A stretch of 58,931 bases of DNA, the filler included, from Sphacelaria rigidula (lineage: Eukaryota), in the NCBI GenBank assembly GCA_964200075.2. It is 8 parts of 8 records of this genome, joined end to end, with 100 filler letters (N's around TTAATTAATTAA, not from the genome) between each part and the next. Parts side by side here need not be neighbours in the genome. Positions count along the whole stretch, not along the records: positions 7,381 to 14,660 come from CAXNAA020015648.1; positions 14,761 to 22,040 come from CAXNAA020015649.1; positions 22,141 to 29,419 come from CAXNAA020015650.1; 5 more parts are not named here. One strand, given 5' to 3'. Shown in pieces: positions 12,096-26,000 of this stretch (position 1 is its first letter; each line of letters opens with the position of its first letter). Below the pieces are notes generated by a model that saw nothing but the letters and a program-made list of their open reading frames with translations, was not told the DNA's origin and searched no databases. A program made the position numbers and the translations under genes.

Positions 12096-13297
12096 AGATA
12101 GACAGGTTCAAAGATTTCCGATACAGGCTAGCTTACGCCGGCTGGCGACGTACCCGCTCAAGGAGTACTTGAGCGATCTACCATGAGGCGAAATATGAGA
12201 GGATTACAGAAACTTTGAACTTTGTTGCTCCGACGAGTTCGGGAGTGCGGTGTTTGAATGCTGGGGACCAAATCACTGGTTGGTGAGGGGGGGTCGGGTC
12301 CTCCCTGCATCAGCCCCACGACACAACAGACTGACTAGACACACGGATAGACAGTATGTAAATGCACAAGCTTCTGGAAATGTACGAGAGACTCCAGTAC
12401 TGACTGTATCACAACAACTCCAGTGTACAGTTACGTTCGTCAGTAGCATGTCTCACTGCCGGACTGTTTTTTGTGAGGTATCCCGGTCCAACTGTTCGAT
12501 ATGACATCATATCAAATGAGAGGGAGATATATTTCGTACAGTTCCGAATTTCAAACATAAACATTGACAACATGCTCAACAGCGGGGAAAGTTGAAAGTT
12601 GGACTGTCTGTAGTTTTGTTCGCCACGAGGATACGCGCCAAGACACACGGTCACCCGCCTCAACATCTACTCTCCTGTATGGAGACGGATCGCACACCCG
12701 GGTGGCGGATTCCTCCGACAATCTCTGCCTTCCTTTACATCAAAAGAACCGCTGATGAGTACTGACTGTCTTGTGCTGTCTATACTGTGCAGTGTAGTAT
12801 TATAGAGTCGAAGAACAACGTGTCAGATAGAGGCAACGGTCACTTTGGAAATTTTGTTCGCTGGGAGGTTCTGATTAACTGACAAGCTCAAAGAGAGCTA
12901 CTGATACTTCTTCAGTACTTGTATACGGACCACATAAGTGAGCGTTAGCTCGTGAACGTGAGGGCCTAGGGTAGTGCGAGAAGCAAACAGCAACGCCACA
13001 ATTGTTGTTTCGGGCAGCGGTAAGCACGTGGGCTCTCCATTGCGAAACGCGGAACTTGTAATGAAAACGCATTTATTTTCGTACGGTGACTCGAGTAATA
13101 TATGCGACCAACATGAACCATACTGTAATATATAACTGGTGTGGATACACTGACTGTCCTGTTGTGCGGTGACAATTTGTAATGTGATGTGCCATCTAAA
13201 CGGATCTTACGCAGGGATCAGTTGAGCACAGCACGCAGCTCTCGCCGGTATTTCTCGCTCGTCCTTCTTCAACACGCAAACACGGACACCAACTCAC

Positions 13298-13575
13298 CAC
13301 TCACTACCGAACTGCAAAGCCATGTACGGATAGTTGTCCCCAATGCAGAGGGAAGCGCAACTTTCCAGGGTCAGCGGATCCGGAAACATCTCCACAGGCA
13401 TGGCGCGCTCATTCTCGTCGTTATAGCACCCCACGTACGGGTACGTGTCCGAAGCTTCCAAAATCTGTAATCGCCCGAAACCCAGCACAAAAGCAGCAAG
13501 CGCTGCCGTCGATGGGGAACTCCTGAGCGCTAGGCGCCGGGAACCGCTCTTTCTTCCATTAGCTTCCACTTCCAT
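13298..13575 (-). CDS. First exon of a secreted WSC-domain (carbohydrate-binding) protein
   Basis: ATG at 13575; hydrophobic signal-like AALAAFVLGFG; then YVGCYNDENERAM...LTLESCASLC...YPYMALQFGSE(C), a WSC consensus; GTGAG donor at 13297 splits the Cys codon. Confidence 0.8.
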
Positions 13576-16135
13576 GATTGCGGCTCTCCCTCTCTCTCTC
13601 GCTCGATGTGTGTGTTGGCTTTCCTCGCCAACAGTAGAGAGTACACCGAGCAAGCAACAAAATATACACTGGTGAGGAAAGATGCTGGATGAACTGCAGA
13701 CAGTTGTGACAGCTTGGATCCAGGGAATAAGAGGTTATTCCTCTCTCAGCCGAAAAGTGTGCCCGTCCGAGTTAGTACGCCAAGTTGTAGCTGGAGTCGT
13801 TTTACCCGGCAACGCGCAGCTACTTCGTGGGGTGCTGATGTAGTACTGTTGATAATGAACCGCTTCTGTTCGGGTCCGCGAGTCAGTTCTGTGATGCCTT
13901 CGAGATGCGCTTCACGTTTCGTTTCAGCGGGGGTATGCGCACCACACCAGATGAAGGAAAAAGAGTGCAGACGAGAAGGAGCGAAAAACTGTTCTGCATT
14001 CGACATCATGCTGCATGGTGCCAGGCAGAAAGAGGTCGAAAAATTATACTTGTAAATCAATGCAATATATTATATGAAATACAGTACTAGTTTACTGGGA
14101 AGATACATCGAACATGGCAGGTCTATGGTATATGACCCTGCCTATATGCACCGCACAAGGATGTGACACTGGGTGGCACTGCGAGATGGTTTTCCAGCGG
14201 GATAATTATACATTGCACCTCGATTGCACATTATTTTCCTGATGGTATTGTCAAAAACTACCCTGCCGTGATTATACCCTCTGTACTAATGCAGTAAGCA
14301 GGAGTCTACTGCTCTAGTTGTCTACGTATATCAGTAGTAGACGTAGCAGTCTACTATACTGTAGTGGTCTACATACATTACCCGTTGGCGGTATTGATAC
14401 TCGTTGAGTGTGGAACTTACCGGTCTGTGCTGTTGTTTCGAATGACGCACATGATATTATAGCTACGAAAATGTAGCGAAGAGAGATCAAAGATTATCTC
14501 GTACACACCGTGTCGTCACCTTTTCAACCCCTACTCCCCTTCTTCGGGACGAGTCCGTGGTCTGAAGGGATCAGCCAATCTCTCCCCGGGACACTTTCTA
14601 CGATACCCCCCCCCCCAAAAAAAAAAAACCAGCGCAAAAGTGTCACGAAAAAAATGGCCTNNNNNNNNNNNNNNNNNNNNNNNNNNNNNNNNNNNNNNNN
14701 NNNNTTAATTAATTAANNNNNNNNNNNNNNNNNNNNNNNNNNNNNNNNNNNNNNNNNNNNGAAACGATTCATTCACTGATTGACCACTTTTCACTCTCAA
14801 CGGTATCATTTACTCTCAATCTCACGAAAACACTGTTGTAGGTAGTCTCTATCGATAGACTCCTTTCCCACATTTTTGTTCGGACATCAGTCTATACTAA
14901 CCCTACACCGAAAGCTGTTGCGGGCGACCATATATATCGATAGATAGCTTTCCAAATCTGTTGATGACAATGGTTATCGATAAATCGCGTGACAACTTTT
15001 ATTGATGACCGCAATGGTTATTGATACATTGTGTACCAAATCGTTTGATGGCGGCAATGGCTATAGAGAGATCGTGTACAAAATCTGTTGACGGCAATGG
15101 CTATCAATAGGTACATCCCAGAATCTGCGAAGCACAATGCCTGTTGATGCATATCCGCTCTCGTCTATCGCTACATCTGCAATGCTTTATTCTCTGTATA
15201 GAGCATATTATACTCTATCGAAGTACGGTAACAAGCCGCAGTTGAACATGCAGTGGGTAAAAATGATCAACCTATTATTACACGTGGAAAGTGACGTCAC
15301 GATTCTACAAATTCGGAACGGCGGCATGTCGTAGGAATCTGCGACATTTGTGGACCGAGGTTTTTGAGTTGTGTTGTTGGTGTAGTGTTGGTAGGCAGGG
15401 TTCTCCATCTGATGGGCAAGAGTGCTTACATTACTTATTTGCGTAGGCGAGGTGTACTTATACTCTGGGCAATAGACCATGTAATAGAACATTGTCGCCA
15501 CAACACCCCCCCCAAATATGGGTGTCGATGTCTATGTTTAGCCACAAGTGACTCACGGTTTATCGATAGCTTTTACAGAGAACAGCAGATTCGGAGTGAG
15601 GGACAGAATGTATCATTGCCACGCCAGTGGAGAGGCCAAGTCATTTACCCATGTATCGTTTTTGTCGTGATAAGCTCTGAAATGCGTCAACCAACGTCTA
15701 TTGCTAACTGCAGTCATGATAGAACCTGCATTCCGGCTACCAATGCATATTGCCTGTCACAACAGGATCTGAGTGTGGCCAACAATGTCCATTGCTTCTC
15801 ACAGCAGGATTTCCAAGAGCGACCATCAATATATACTTCTGGCCACAATATGATATACATTGCGGCCATCGAAACCTATTGCTGGCCACAATAGGAGCTG
15901 AATTGCGTCGATCAATAGCTATTGACCCAATTTTTTTCCGGTAGAGGTTTCTGCCTTTTGCCAAAGCTATTGCCACCTCTGGCCTCAGGTAGTTACGTGA
16001 GTACAGTATGTGTGAGAATTGATACCGCTGATGCAAAGAGGCGACTACAGTGAACAAACAACATAGCCTGGCTTTCTCTCGCCTCAATAGGGGTTTCTCT
16101 GGTCACGCACGAACACTACTTGAAATAGAACTAAC

Positions 16136-18990
16136 GTGGCACACCCGCTGGTGCATGGCCATGCTGCACATGTCGCACCAGGGCGGCGTGAAAGACATTT
16201 CATTATGGACCTCGACTACTATTCCCAGGAGGCTCGGCGATGCGTGAGATCGATTGGCGACCGGCATGGCATGCCCAACGCCACCGACGCCTCAAGGAGG
16301 TTCTGCAATGACCACCTCGTGCCCAAAATCCACGCGACGAAGAACGACACCCATGATCCGCTCTCTAAATCGAGAATTAGGGGTTACCAAGCACGAGCGG
16401 CACTGACCGCCGTCCAATTGCAGTATGCACCGCTCGGGACATGCTTCGTAAGCTCCGCTGCAAGTACACCAAGAGCCGAGGCGAGTTGTACGACGATAGC
16501 TACGACCACGATGACTTCCTCATTTACCGTGTTGAGCCATACCTCCCTACCTACCGCGACGATTGCGTCATCTCGATGCCACATGAGGCTGGGGAATGGA
16601 GAGAGGTGAGGAACGGCTTGGAGCTTGCAGTACACGACAAAAAGGGTTGAAGAGGGGGCAGAATTTTTGTGGGCCAACGTATCTAAGTTTGACAAACCTT
16701 TCTCTTAGCTGCTGGATGACAATCCGAAAGCAAGAGGGACATGCAGCGCGGTCTACTCAGGTGGCCGAGAGCAGAAAGCCATTTATGTTTGACTATGATG
16801 TTTGACTATGATGTTTGACTATGATGTTTGACTATGATGTTTGACTATGAAACATTACTTGTTTGGCCATCATCGATTTGTCTTTCTCGGGATTTTCAAC
16901 GCTGTGCAGTGCAAAACCACGCGAATACATGCATGAGAAGAATATTAGCGTGGCAGCCATGATGTTGTCCGTTCTAAAGCGTACTTTCGGCCCCGCCGTG
17001 AAACGCTCATTCCCTGCCTAGTATGTCGGCAATGACAGTAAGCTGGCGATGGCAGCAATCCACTGTGTATATTGACTGCTGTTTTCACAGTTCTGCAGTA
17101 TCTATCCCCAAAAAATGGTGACAAAAGAGACAAGCGATGATGACCATCGTCTTCGGAGACTGGAGTCGTAACGATACAAATATTCTTTCTACTCGCGGGT
17201 GCCGTCATTGTAGGCGTGCGATGCAGAGGGCTACACATCGAAGCAGTAGGCAGCCGTGGATCCGCGGAAAAAAGAAGGGATCGGTGTCATGGTGTACGGC
17301 ACTATCAACCATCAAGGTCTCATCAAAGCCGCGGCGGAGCAAGGCGCCGCTGACGTGGTGAGTTTACAATCTTCGCTTCCCCTCAAGCCGTCGTAAGTGT
17401 CTTGGTGAAGTACGTTCGTGTGCAAATCACTCCCCGGGGGCTTTGGCTGGCGTGGGCCAGCATCCGTGCCGAAAAATAAAGTTTTGAAGTAACTTGTGGA
17501 AGTGTTGGCTAATGAGCCATCCTACGATAGGAAGGGGGGTATTTTGGGCCATTTGTTGCACGAAATTCCAGGTCAAATCGTCGTTAAAAGCAGCAACGGT
17601 TGCTCGGATAAGCTTGTTATAGATACGTGACNNNNNNNNNNGCACCGCGAGTGTGGTAGGTCGTCTGACACACTTTTAAGCCTCTTTTTTCGTGCAACCA
17701 AATACCCCCCCCCCCCCCTATCGTAGGATGACTCTAATATTTGCGAATTATGGCATTAACTATTCGTCATGTGCCACCCAAACCAGCGAACATGCTCACA
17801 GACGTGTTGCGCTACTGTGAATGCTCGCCTTTAAACATCCCCGACTGAAAATTATAATCAGACCAAGGGGAGGCAGAGCTTTCCAGATTTCGGCAGAGCG
17901 GGGAAGGAGATGGAGCGGTGGGAAAGTCAAGTGGTTCCATGGCGTGGGTGTGATGTACAAGGATGGAGTTAGAAAAAACCACACGTACCACTGGTTCGAG
18001 TATGGCAACAGCAGGGGTGGCCAGTGGTACGCTGACGAAACCCTTGCGCACGTCTGACGTACTTGATGTGGTCGACTGGCTTTCCAACCACAGACCGATG
18101 CGCTTCTTCGACGGGACCTCGTCCTACCACTGCATGGAGCCTGGTGCGGCTGTGATGAAGAACATGAGTTTGGGTGTTGAGGGTGCGATGAAAGGCGAAG
18201 ATCTGCTGATGAACGCTACCGTTTCCAGAAGGAACACCGAAGACAATCAAAGCTAAGAAGTACCTCCTCACCTTCTGAGAGGAAGACAGGCTACCGTTCG
18301 ATCACCTCTATTAGCTCCCCAAGGGCCAAGTCGGGAACCTGAAAGGGCATGAGGCAGGTTTTCTGGGAGAGAGGGCTGCTCAAAGAAGGTATCGTGGCAA
18401 CGGAAAAGAAGATGGCACCCGAGGTCTCGAGACAAGCATGGTCCACGTGCCTGGAGTGTAACCGGACTGGATGGGCGTGAAGTCGACCTTTCAGGTGCTG
18501 GTTGAACCTTCTGGGAATGTGTGTTCGGTGCTGCCGAACTACTGTGAGGAAGATCTCATCAAGATGGTGTCGGGGCGTTCGAAGATCACGATGCAGAGGG
18601 TTTTCACTGGGCAGCCGGTATTTTTTATGTAAGCAACAAAGTAATTTAGGGGACATCATTTCCGACTCTAGTGGTTCATTGTGTGTCTTATAGATTGATC
18701 GCTTCGCCTTCAGTTCTTGGCAATGTTGTTCTTTCTTCTTGCGCCGGTCCCCCCCTCCGTGTATTGTATCCGTACGCCCTGCGGCAGTAATCTTCAACCG
18801 GCGCAGGATCCATCATACCGTTCTTTTTCGTAGCTTTGTGGGATGACTGCATTCTGGCTGCCTTGACGGTCAAGGCAGCCAGCACAAAGTCATGCAACCA
18901 TCTGCACGACACGATCGACTGCGAGATGGACCCTGCGCTTGTTGAAAAGTACGGTCGTAAGGGAACCCGAAGAACCCAGAGCAACGCTTC
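16136..18990 (+). pseudogene. Degenerate IS630/Tc1/mariner-superfamily DDE transposase (long-spacing eukaryotic type), interrupted and frameshifted
   Basis: Ordered motif remnants: YDDSYDHDDFLIYR..YLP (~16490), KKG.GVMVYG (~17280), FEYGNSRGGQW (~17995), FFDGTSSYH (~18105), KGMRQVFWERGLL (~18340), PDW..VKSTFQVLVEPSGNVCSVLPNYCEE (~18460). Confidence 0.65.
16787..16850. repeat. 13-bp tandem repeat (TGTTTGACTATGA)x5
   Basis: Directly visible. Confidence 0.95.
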
Positions 18991-19443
18991 CAAGAAGTGA
19001 AGTCAAGGCGATCAGTCTAAAAGTCTCGTGAGAAGCCGGTAGGGCCGGAATTTGTGTCCATGAAATGATTTTATTGTTTACACATGTATAGTGTACCTGT
19101 GAAATACTTGTGCTTAAGTGTACGTTATGGAATGTACGGGTACTCCGGCGATGAGGAGGGTCTACTTCGAATATTATAAATGCGATCTTGTCAAAATGCC
19201 GGAGCACAAGCGGTCCAGGTGATTCGTGAAGTAGGAATGCATAGGGCGTGGTCCATGCATCACAATTTTCTCAGTGATTTGCCCCCCCCCCCCCCCCCCC
19301 CCCCGCTCGTATCACGCCCCCCCCCGCTTGTATCTCCTTTTTCGTAAATGGTGATTTGTTTTGATTTCACGGTGGTGTGCTGAACGCAGCTCTGTGTGGA
19401 GTCAATGTAGGCTGTACTATGCTGTGAGGAAATTTGTCTACTA

Positions 19444-19509
19444 TGGTGGTGGTGGTGGTGGTGGTGGTGGTGGTGATCCATGTGGTTATTTGTGTCGTCA
19501 TCGTTGTTG

Positions 19510-19554
<45 letters not shown>

Positions 19555-19555
19555 A
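19444..19555. repeat. Compound microsatellite (GGT)n/(GTT)n/(GCT)n
   Basis: Directly visible. Confidence 0.95.
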
Positions 19556-19850
19556 TATTGTTCTTGTTACTATTGTTGTCGCGATTGTCACCCTACCCCG
19601 AGTTTTGGGGAACCGTCCTGGAAAAAAAGAATGTGTCCGCGATGTGCTGTTTCGTTTTTGTTCGGTTACAGTACAGTGGTCGCAACACTCCGAACGTGAC
19701 ATTTTGTCGTACTCGTGGGTCTGTTGTACTGACTGTTTTCGTGAGATTGAGAGTAGAGGATACGATTGAGAGCGAGACGTGGTCAAGTAATGAATGGATA
19801 GTTTCAGTTCCAAGATGCCCTTAACGAGGCCCGATACGCTTTCTGTAGTA

Positions 19851-20460
19851 GTGTAACGCGTAGGGGAACCGCGTGCTTTTTCAACCGCATCGGAATATGA
19901 ACACCCCAGGATCGACGTTTTTCAAGACCGCTCGGGCCAGTCCCTGCAGGGACCGCGCCCCTGACCCTGACCCTGACCCTAACACTAACCCCAACCCTAA
20001 CCTTCACCATATGGGTATTTGAACTCCGATGCGGTCCAAAAAGGGCGCGTTCCTCCCACGCATTACAATATCACCCTTTGTTCAATCACCACCCTGTCAA
20101 AGCTTGCCAGTTACTGACACCAGCCAACAGCCCGTCATACAACCGCTGTAACAAAGCGCACGGAATACATTTTGTTCAACACCCGCTTATATTGTTAACG
20201 TCGCCACTGCACTGACCACGAACGAAAGCCAATGAAAATACCTGGCCGGTTCATTTTGATGGAACGATTTGGTGTTTCTTGTCAGCAGTAACGTATGTAG
20301 GTGCAGCTGTCGAGTTTGCATTTGAGAAGCGTCAGTGTCAAGGTCAGGGACGCGGTCCCTGCAGAGACTGGCCCCAGCGGTCTTGAAAAACATCGATCCT
20401 GGGGTGTCCAAATTCCGATGCGGTTAAGAAATCTCCCGGCCCTCCCACGCATCAAAATGG
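19851..20460. mobile_element. Small inverted-repeat element with internal telomere-like (CCCTRA)n tract, plus an inverted partial second copy at 20330-20460
   Basis: 19851-19907 pairs with 20011-20068 around CCCTGACCCTGACCCTGACCCTAACACTAACCCCAACCCTAAC; 19880-19975 is the reverse complement of 20335-20430. Confidence 0.6.
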
Positions 20461-22384
20461 TCTCTGAAGGCCTACCCTGGACGCTATTTCGAAATGTTGC
20501 TGTCGCAGAGGCTTTTCCCGCTCTCTTGGCCAACGTTCGAGGAAGCTACGTTGCGGCTCTTCAGAAACTCCTGTACCCCGCACTCACAATCGAGGCCCTG
20601 TTGCTGTCATTCCGAGGCATGGTACTTGACGGGATCTTCCCTGATGCCTTGAAACTCACTATCGACCGCATGGTTTATAAGTGGTGATGACCGAGGATCT
20701 AGAGCAACCGCCGGTGATGTCGCACCAGCCGTCCATGAGTCAGCGTGGATATCGAAGCACCTCAAATGCCCCTGCCACACCACCCTCCGTGTCATGATTC
20801 CAGGTCTGACCGCAGCCTGATCAACGACGGACGCGAAACGGGGCACGGAGTAGTAGCGAGATACGGGGGCATTCTCAGAATTGGCGCTTAGGTGTGCTCG
20901 CAAGCTTTAAGCTCACCCTGCCCTCGTTGCCTTGCCGTCAGAGTTTCAATCCCTAATGCGGCGGGCGCTGACAATCGAAACTTAGTAGGACAATAACCGG
21001 GAACGGGATTCCGAGAGCATCAAACCTCGACACGCCACCTCTGGCATATATCAAGTACATACATCAAGCACAGATTCAAGCTTGTCCAGTGCTTACACAA
21101 CATAGGTGTATGCTTCACCGTCGAAGAGTCCTCCATCCATTTCTCCGAGAAAACTCGACATTTTCATCTCTCACCCTGGGTGCTTAGTGACAGCAACACA
21201 AAATGGTTTTGGAACGACGGCCTACCAATCTACGGGCCCTGCTGTTTTCGTAGTTCACAAGGACCAGGGCTGGTCTTCCTCTACCCACAACCAACTGCTC
21301 ACTCTGCGGTGCGGACAGCCAACTAACAGCGCTTGTATCCATAAACTTCAGGCCAGTCGAGCCCAAGGGCGGTCTAACATGCATTTCGTGCTTTCTGAAT
21401 ACTCAGCGTTCGATGGACGTAGCTTTACATTCTTGCGCTTGCGATTGAAGCGTCTGAGCGTATCGTAAGGGAAGAAGAGGATTCGTTTTTCACCGTATAG
21501 CGACCAGTGTACGCAGAGGCCGTGGTGAGGGAACGTTCAGGAGGAAACGAGTAGTTTCATTTTGGGAATATCTTAGGACAATGCCTGTCTCTTGCATTAT
21601 AGGTCACCATCTCTACCGCTGCGCTAGCAACCTACGAGCACCTGTCAATCGAGTAGTATTCAGTGTCGCGGAAGAAATCCTGCAACAATCCCTCGTTGCT
21701 GCTCTGCCATTTTCCGTTTCACCCTGCCTTCTCGTTCTGTTTTATGTGGTCTACTCTTATCGCCACCCTTCCGCCCTTCCCGAGAATGTATTCAGCATAC
21801 GAAAATTGCTGCATCCTCACAACAGTGTACGTTTACTGTAAATAATGCTAGCCTTTTACCTTCCACGTACATTCGGCCCTTATGCATGTCTTGATGTTGA
21901 CGATTCCGGGAAAGTCGTAATAGTACCTCCTGTTCCTCACGCGCTGTTCGTCAAATAGAATACAATTCTTGTGTCCACGTGGATAACTGCGAACTGTGAC
22001 GCTAGCCAGCGCTAGAATGACAGCGTCAATATGCTTGTTCNNNNNNNNNNNNNNNNNNNNNNNNNNNNNNNNNNNNNNNNNNNNTTAATTAATTAANNNN
22101 NNNNNNNNNNNNNNNNNNNNNNNNNNNNNNNNNNNNNNNNCTCGAAAGGGATGCGTGGTCAATGCTCCCACGACTAAGGCAAGCAACAAATGAGTACGCC
22201 CCCCCCCCCCGCGGTTGGCGTCGGTTGGCAATGACTCTGTAAAACGCGCCACTCACTGCGTAAGCGAGGCAACCAGGTTACCGTTTTTGTTGCGTGCTTG
22301 TGTTTTTTTGCGGTAACCATGATGGGGGTCGAGTTAGCTGGGCAGCGTGGGAGAACCTTAACCCCGCACACAGGGGATGATCGT

Positions 22385-22734
22385 ACTGTGTGTTGTCGCC
22401 CCATTTATTCTGGACGCCAGTCTACACCTTTCGTTACATGTGGGCGCACCAGCCTGAGTCACACCGGAGAAAGTCAACACAGGGGTTTTTTCTTTCTGTT
22501 TATGTGTTCTTCATTCTCCCCCTTCCTTCTGCGGTGCTTGCCTTTATTTTTTATCGCGAGAGGGATTTAGCCGTCCCTTTCCCTCGTTGACCATCAAGTC
22601 GAATTATGTGTCCCACGAGATAAACGCTCTCCACTGTTGGGCATTGTGTGAGAAAAAGTCCCAGATCGCTCCGAGATTCGAACCCACGACCCAACCGTCA
22701 GAAGATTTCGAGTTACCATCTGAACCACCGGGGC
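22385..22734 (-). mobile_element. tRNA-derived SINE (family C)
   Basis: The minus strand begins GCCCCGGTGGTTCAGATGG (A box)...GGTTCGAATCTC (B box); colinear with 26490-26860. Confidence 0.8.
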
Positions 22735-22789
22735 GTACTACGTAGCGTTTCAATCGTGAGACATGCATGAGGCAGTGTACAAGCGGTGG

Positions 22790-23065
22790 CTGTCTCTGCA
22801 AGTGACGATACCAGAAAATACAGCAACTCATTGTAAGCTGTCACTCTAATGCAAGATAATCCGCAGACTTCGGGCCGAACTATCTTCGCAGGATGCAACT
22901 TGCCCTTCATGCGACTCGCCGAACACACCACGGCGCTTCGCGCTTGATGATTGAGTGCAAGCCTGGTCCGGCGAAAACCCGGCGTGCTCCGTCCCGGCTA
23001 TGCAGGGATGCGAGGTCAATGGTCTCATGACTCCGGCATGCATGATTACGAGTACCCCTCCCTGA
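22790..23065 (+). repeat. Second copy of coding-like repeat 9205-9575
   Basis: Reverse-complement similarity; contains frameshifts. Confidence 0.65.
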
Positions 23066-26000
23066 AATCAAATCTCCACTTTGGGGCTATGGCGTCCTCT
23101 TTCTTTACGAGTACCTTGAGTCAACACCTATTTTTCCTGCTTCTTATGTGCACCTGTCGGCTCCCGAAATCTAGCCAGGGCCGGATCAACGACAACTAAA
23201 CATGATTGGGAGAATTCTAAATCGAGGGTTACAATAGACACGACTACTTGAGGGGAGAAATCGGCACAGATCGCGTAAATTTCGCACACCAAGCGCTGGT
23301 ATGCCCCCACTTACCCTTGTCGGCGAGTTTGGAGTCCTCAGCGGATTTGCTGAAACTCTTTGTGAAAGCTTACCATATAATTCTTTTTATCCTTTCACTT
23401 CAAAACTATCTGTACTTGAACCGTCGGTCAGTTCGCACATCTTTGCAAGGCAACGAAAAGGCAAACCAAGGAAAAATGTTGCCTGCTGGGAACACATGAA
23501 ACGCTTCGGACGGCATTGACTTCCGTGTGTTCCCAATGTAAACGCTACTTGAAGAGCTTTCGCCTCCAACTAGATAGCCGCGCAAATGACGACCGTAAAA
23601 GAAACACGTAAGCGAAATTTATATATACCACAACATTCAAACGTCGGCAGGAGATAGGATATCAAACACCCGAAAAAGTAAATTGAAAGAGTGCACCAAG
23701 AAGCCACTAAGCAAGTTCAAGACTCGATATACAATGTATAATCAGCTCGGCAGAATAACCTGTCCGTTGGCACAACTTGGTATAGTGCTGTTCAGGTTTT
23801 ATGTCAAGTTCATAACGACCATCGGTTCTCATATGAATGCTTGTAACACGTACTTTTCATCGTGCATTAGAGCGTCAAGAACCAGCTTTGCCATCGACCA
23901 CTTCAGTGGCACTTCCATCCAAGTTTGTTTATGCTCTCGACCCGGCACACATGTTTTGCAAACACCCCTCACGTGCTGGTTGCTGACCCGTGATCCGAGG
24001 AATTGTTTTACCGCAGAGTTTCCTCTCCTGCGCCAGTAGAACGCCGCTGCGGAAAAAAAACATGGGTAGCGAAACAAAGGCCGGGAAACGTACGTGTGGA
24101 AGGGTGACAGCAACGATTACACGGCAAAAACTAACACGAAAAACGCCTACAGCCGACGTCTCGCCAAATCAGGATTTCCCTGAGAAATTTTACGAGTAGA
24201 AAAGGTAAGTTGTGCATCGCGCATCGGTTTCCGAGTACTACTGCGGTGCTCGTTTCGAAGATGTCTGCAGCCCTACCAAAGGAATAGCCTTCACCGAACC
24301 TTCCCTGGGCGCGTGCCTTATGCCAGCACGCTTGGGCTCAAGGTCACCAATCAGTTTCAATAAGTAGAACGGACAAATCCAGCATAGTGCTGCTAATGTT
24401 GTCACCTCCGTTACGCATCAGGCCGATGCAGAATGCCACCTACAGAAAATTAGCATTTAATGATACATCGACCGCCATGGATGTCAAGCGCGTTACGGAC
24501 TGCACCAGGTCTAGATACTCTTACCAACTGTGTAGCATCCGTTCCTTCCTCTCTCATCTTGGGCAAGCGGGGCAGCACCGCAGTCCTTACACCTCCAGTC
24601 TCAAGCACACTGCCGGTATGAGAAATAACACCGCATCGCATGGTCAGTCGAAGGCGTACTATGTGCCTTGATCGCCTCTTGAGTCAATCCAGCAATGTCG
24701 AATCTAAACCGATGCGCAAGAGTCTACCTATACCAACGCGCTCAGCATTCTTCGCTAGTATGTGTATTGACGACAGCATCTTCGTGCGCACAGGCAGAGG
24801 TCTTCACGTCCTAACACTTACATCGACGTTAGTAAACATTGAAAGCGAGGGCACTCACGGTCCACAGCGTTATTGCTGCTGCACGTCAAGCCGCGGCGCA
24901 GCAATCCTCATCCGCACTACATGCGTCAAACTCAATCTTACAGCTTGAGTCCCCACGGTAAAAACGCACGTTGTGCAGGCAAGAATCGTTCATGCGTGTA
25001 AAATAGCAGCAGGGTGTCGAGTGGAGAATGAAAAAAAGCAGACATCGCTAGCACATATTGCTACAGGACTGAACGAGATGATTTTTCAAGCGAGTAGTGC
25101 TCAACCAGCGACACTAGGAATGGTAGAGCACGCGCTCAACCCCTTGGACCCGAAACCGGACTCGCCCCATAATATTACCGACTGATAGTGTCGCGGGTAG
25201 CCGCGGGGAAAAGGGCGTGACATATACTTTATGTATGTATAACATTGTGTTGGTCACACTTTCAACTCCCCCGCCCCCCCCCTACTCGGGACGAGTCCGT
25301 GGTGGGGGATCATCAACCTCTCCCCCGGTACGTGCCTGACTGACATTCTGGTATCACGGATTGGAACAGTACCCTCGCAACGCGTGGGCTTTTCGTAATT
25401 GATTTTTGCTCCCCGCGTCCTCACGTTTCCAACGGCTGAAATTATATACATACCACAGAAAAGAGAACGCTAATATAGGTTGTATCTGCCGAGAATCGAA
25501 TCCCCTACACCGCCCTGACCGGTTTCAGGTTGTACCAGTCAGATCGCCGGGGTGCGACGGCCATGTATACATGTACGCACATATATGTCCATTTTGAGGG
25601 GGGAGGGGAGTGCGCTATGAGGAGCCACAATGATGGCAACATACTCACAAGAGTAATTTTGTAGCAGGCAATGTGGCAGAATGAATTTGACCTCCGTTTT
25701 TCGGTTGGTCTTTTTGTGGCCCCATCGCACGAAACGATTTCACGGAGGTGGTGTGCTGAATATGCTGTGTCGGTTTACACTCTGTTCTGCAGTACTACCG
25801 TAACGGCTTCTCGTGTTCGTGTATTCCCTGGATACACCCTGGTCGTTAGTGTTCGCTCCTCGTAATTTCAGGGGGCTGGGGTGGGAGTGGATAGGAAAAA
25901 TTGGCACAACTGAACGAGTAGTAGCAGCCCGTACGCACGAAGCATCGCGCACTGATGAAACAAAATGTCACTGCTGCGCTAAAAGCACCGCAGTAGCGCC

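Noticed and set aside
19260-19824. Poly-His/Ala/Val/Leu/Cys ORFs
   Set aside because: Translations of trinucleotide microsatellites.
20690-20900. Possible RTE LINE C-terminal remnant (W.GHLRCFDIHADSW)
   Set aside because: Similarity too short and degenerate to support a call without a search.
22366-22378. GCACACAGGGGAT resembling part of the 454 B adapter
   Set aside because: Short internal match only; likely chance.
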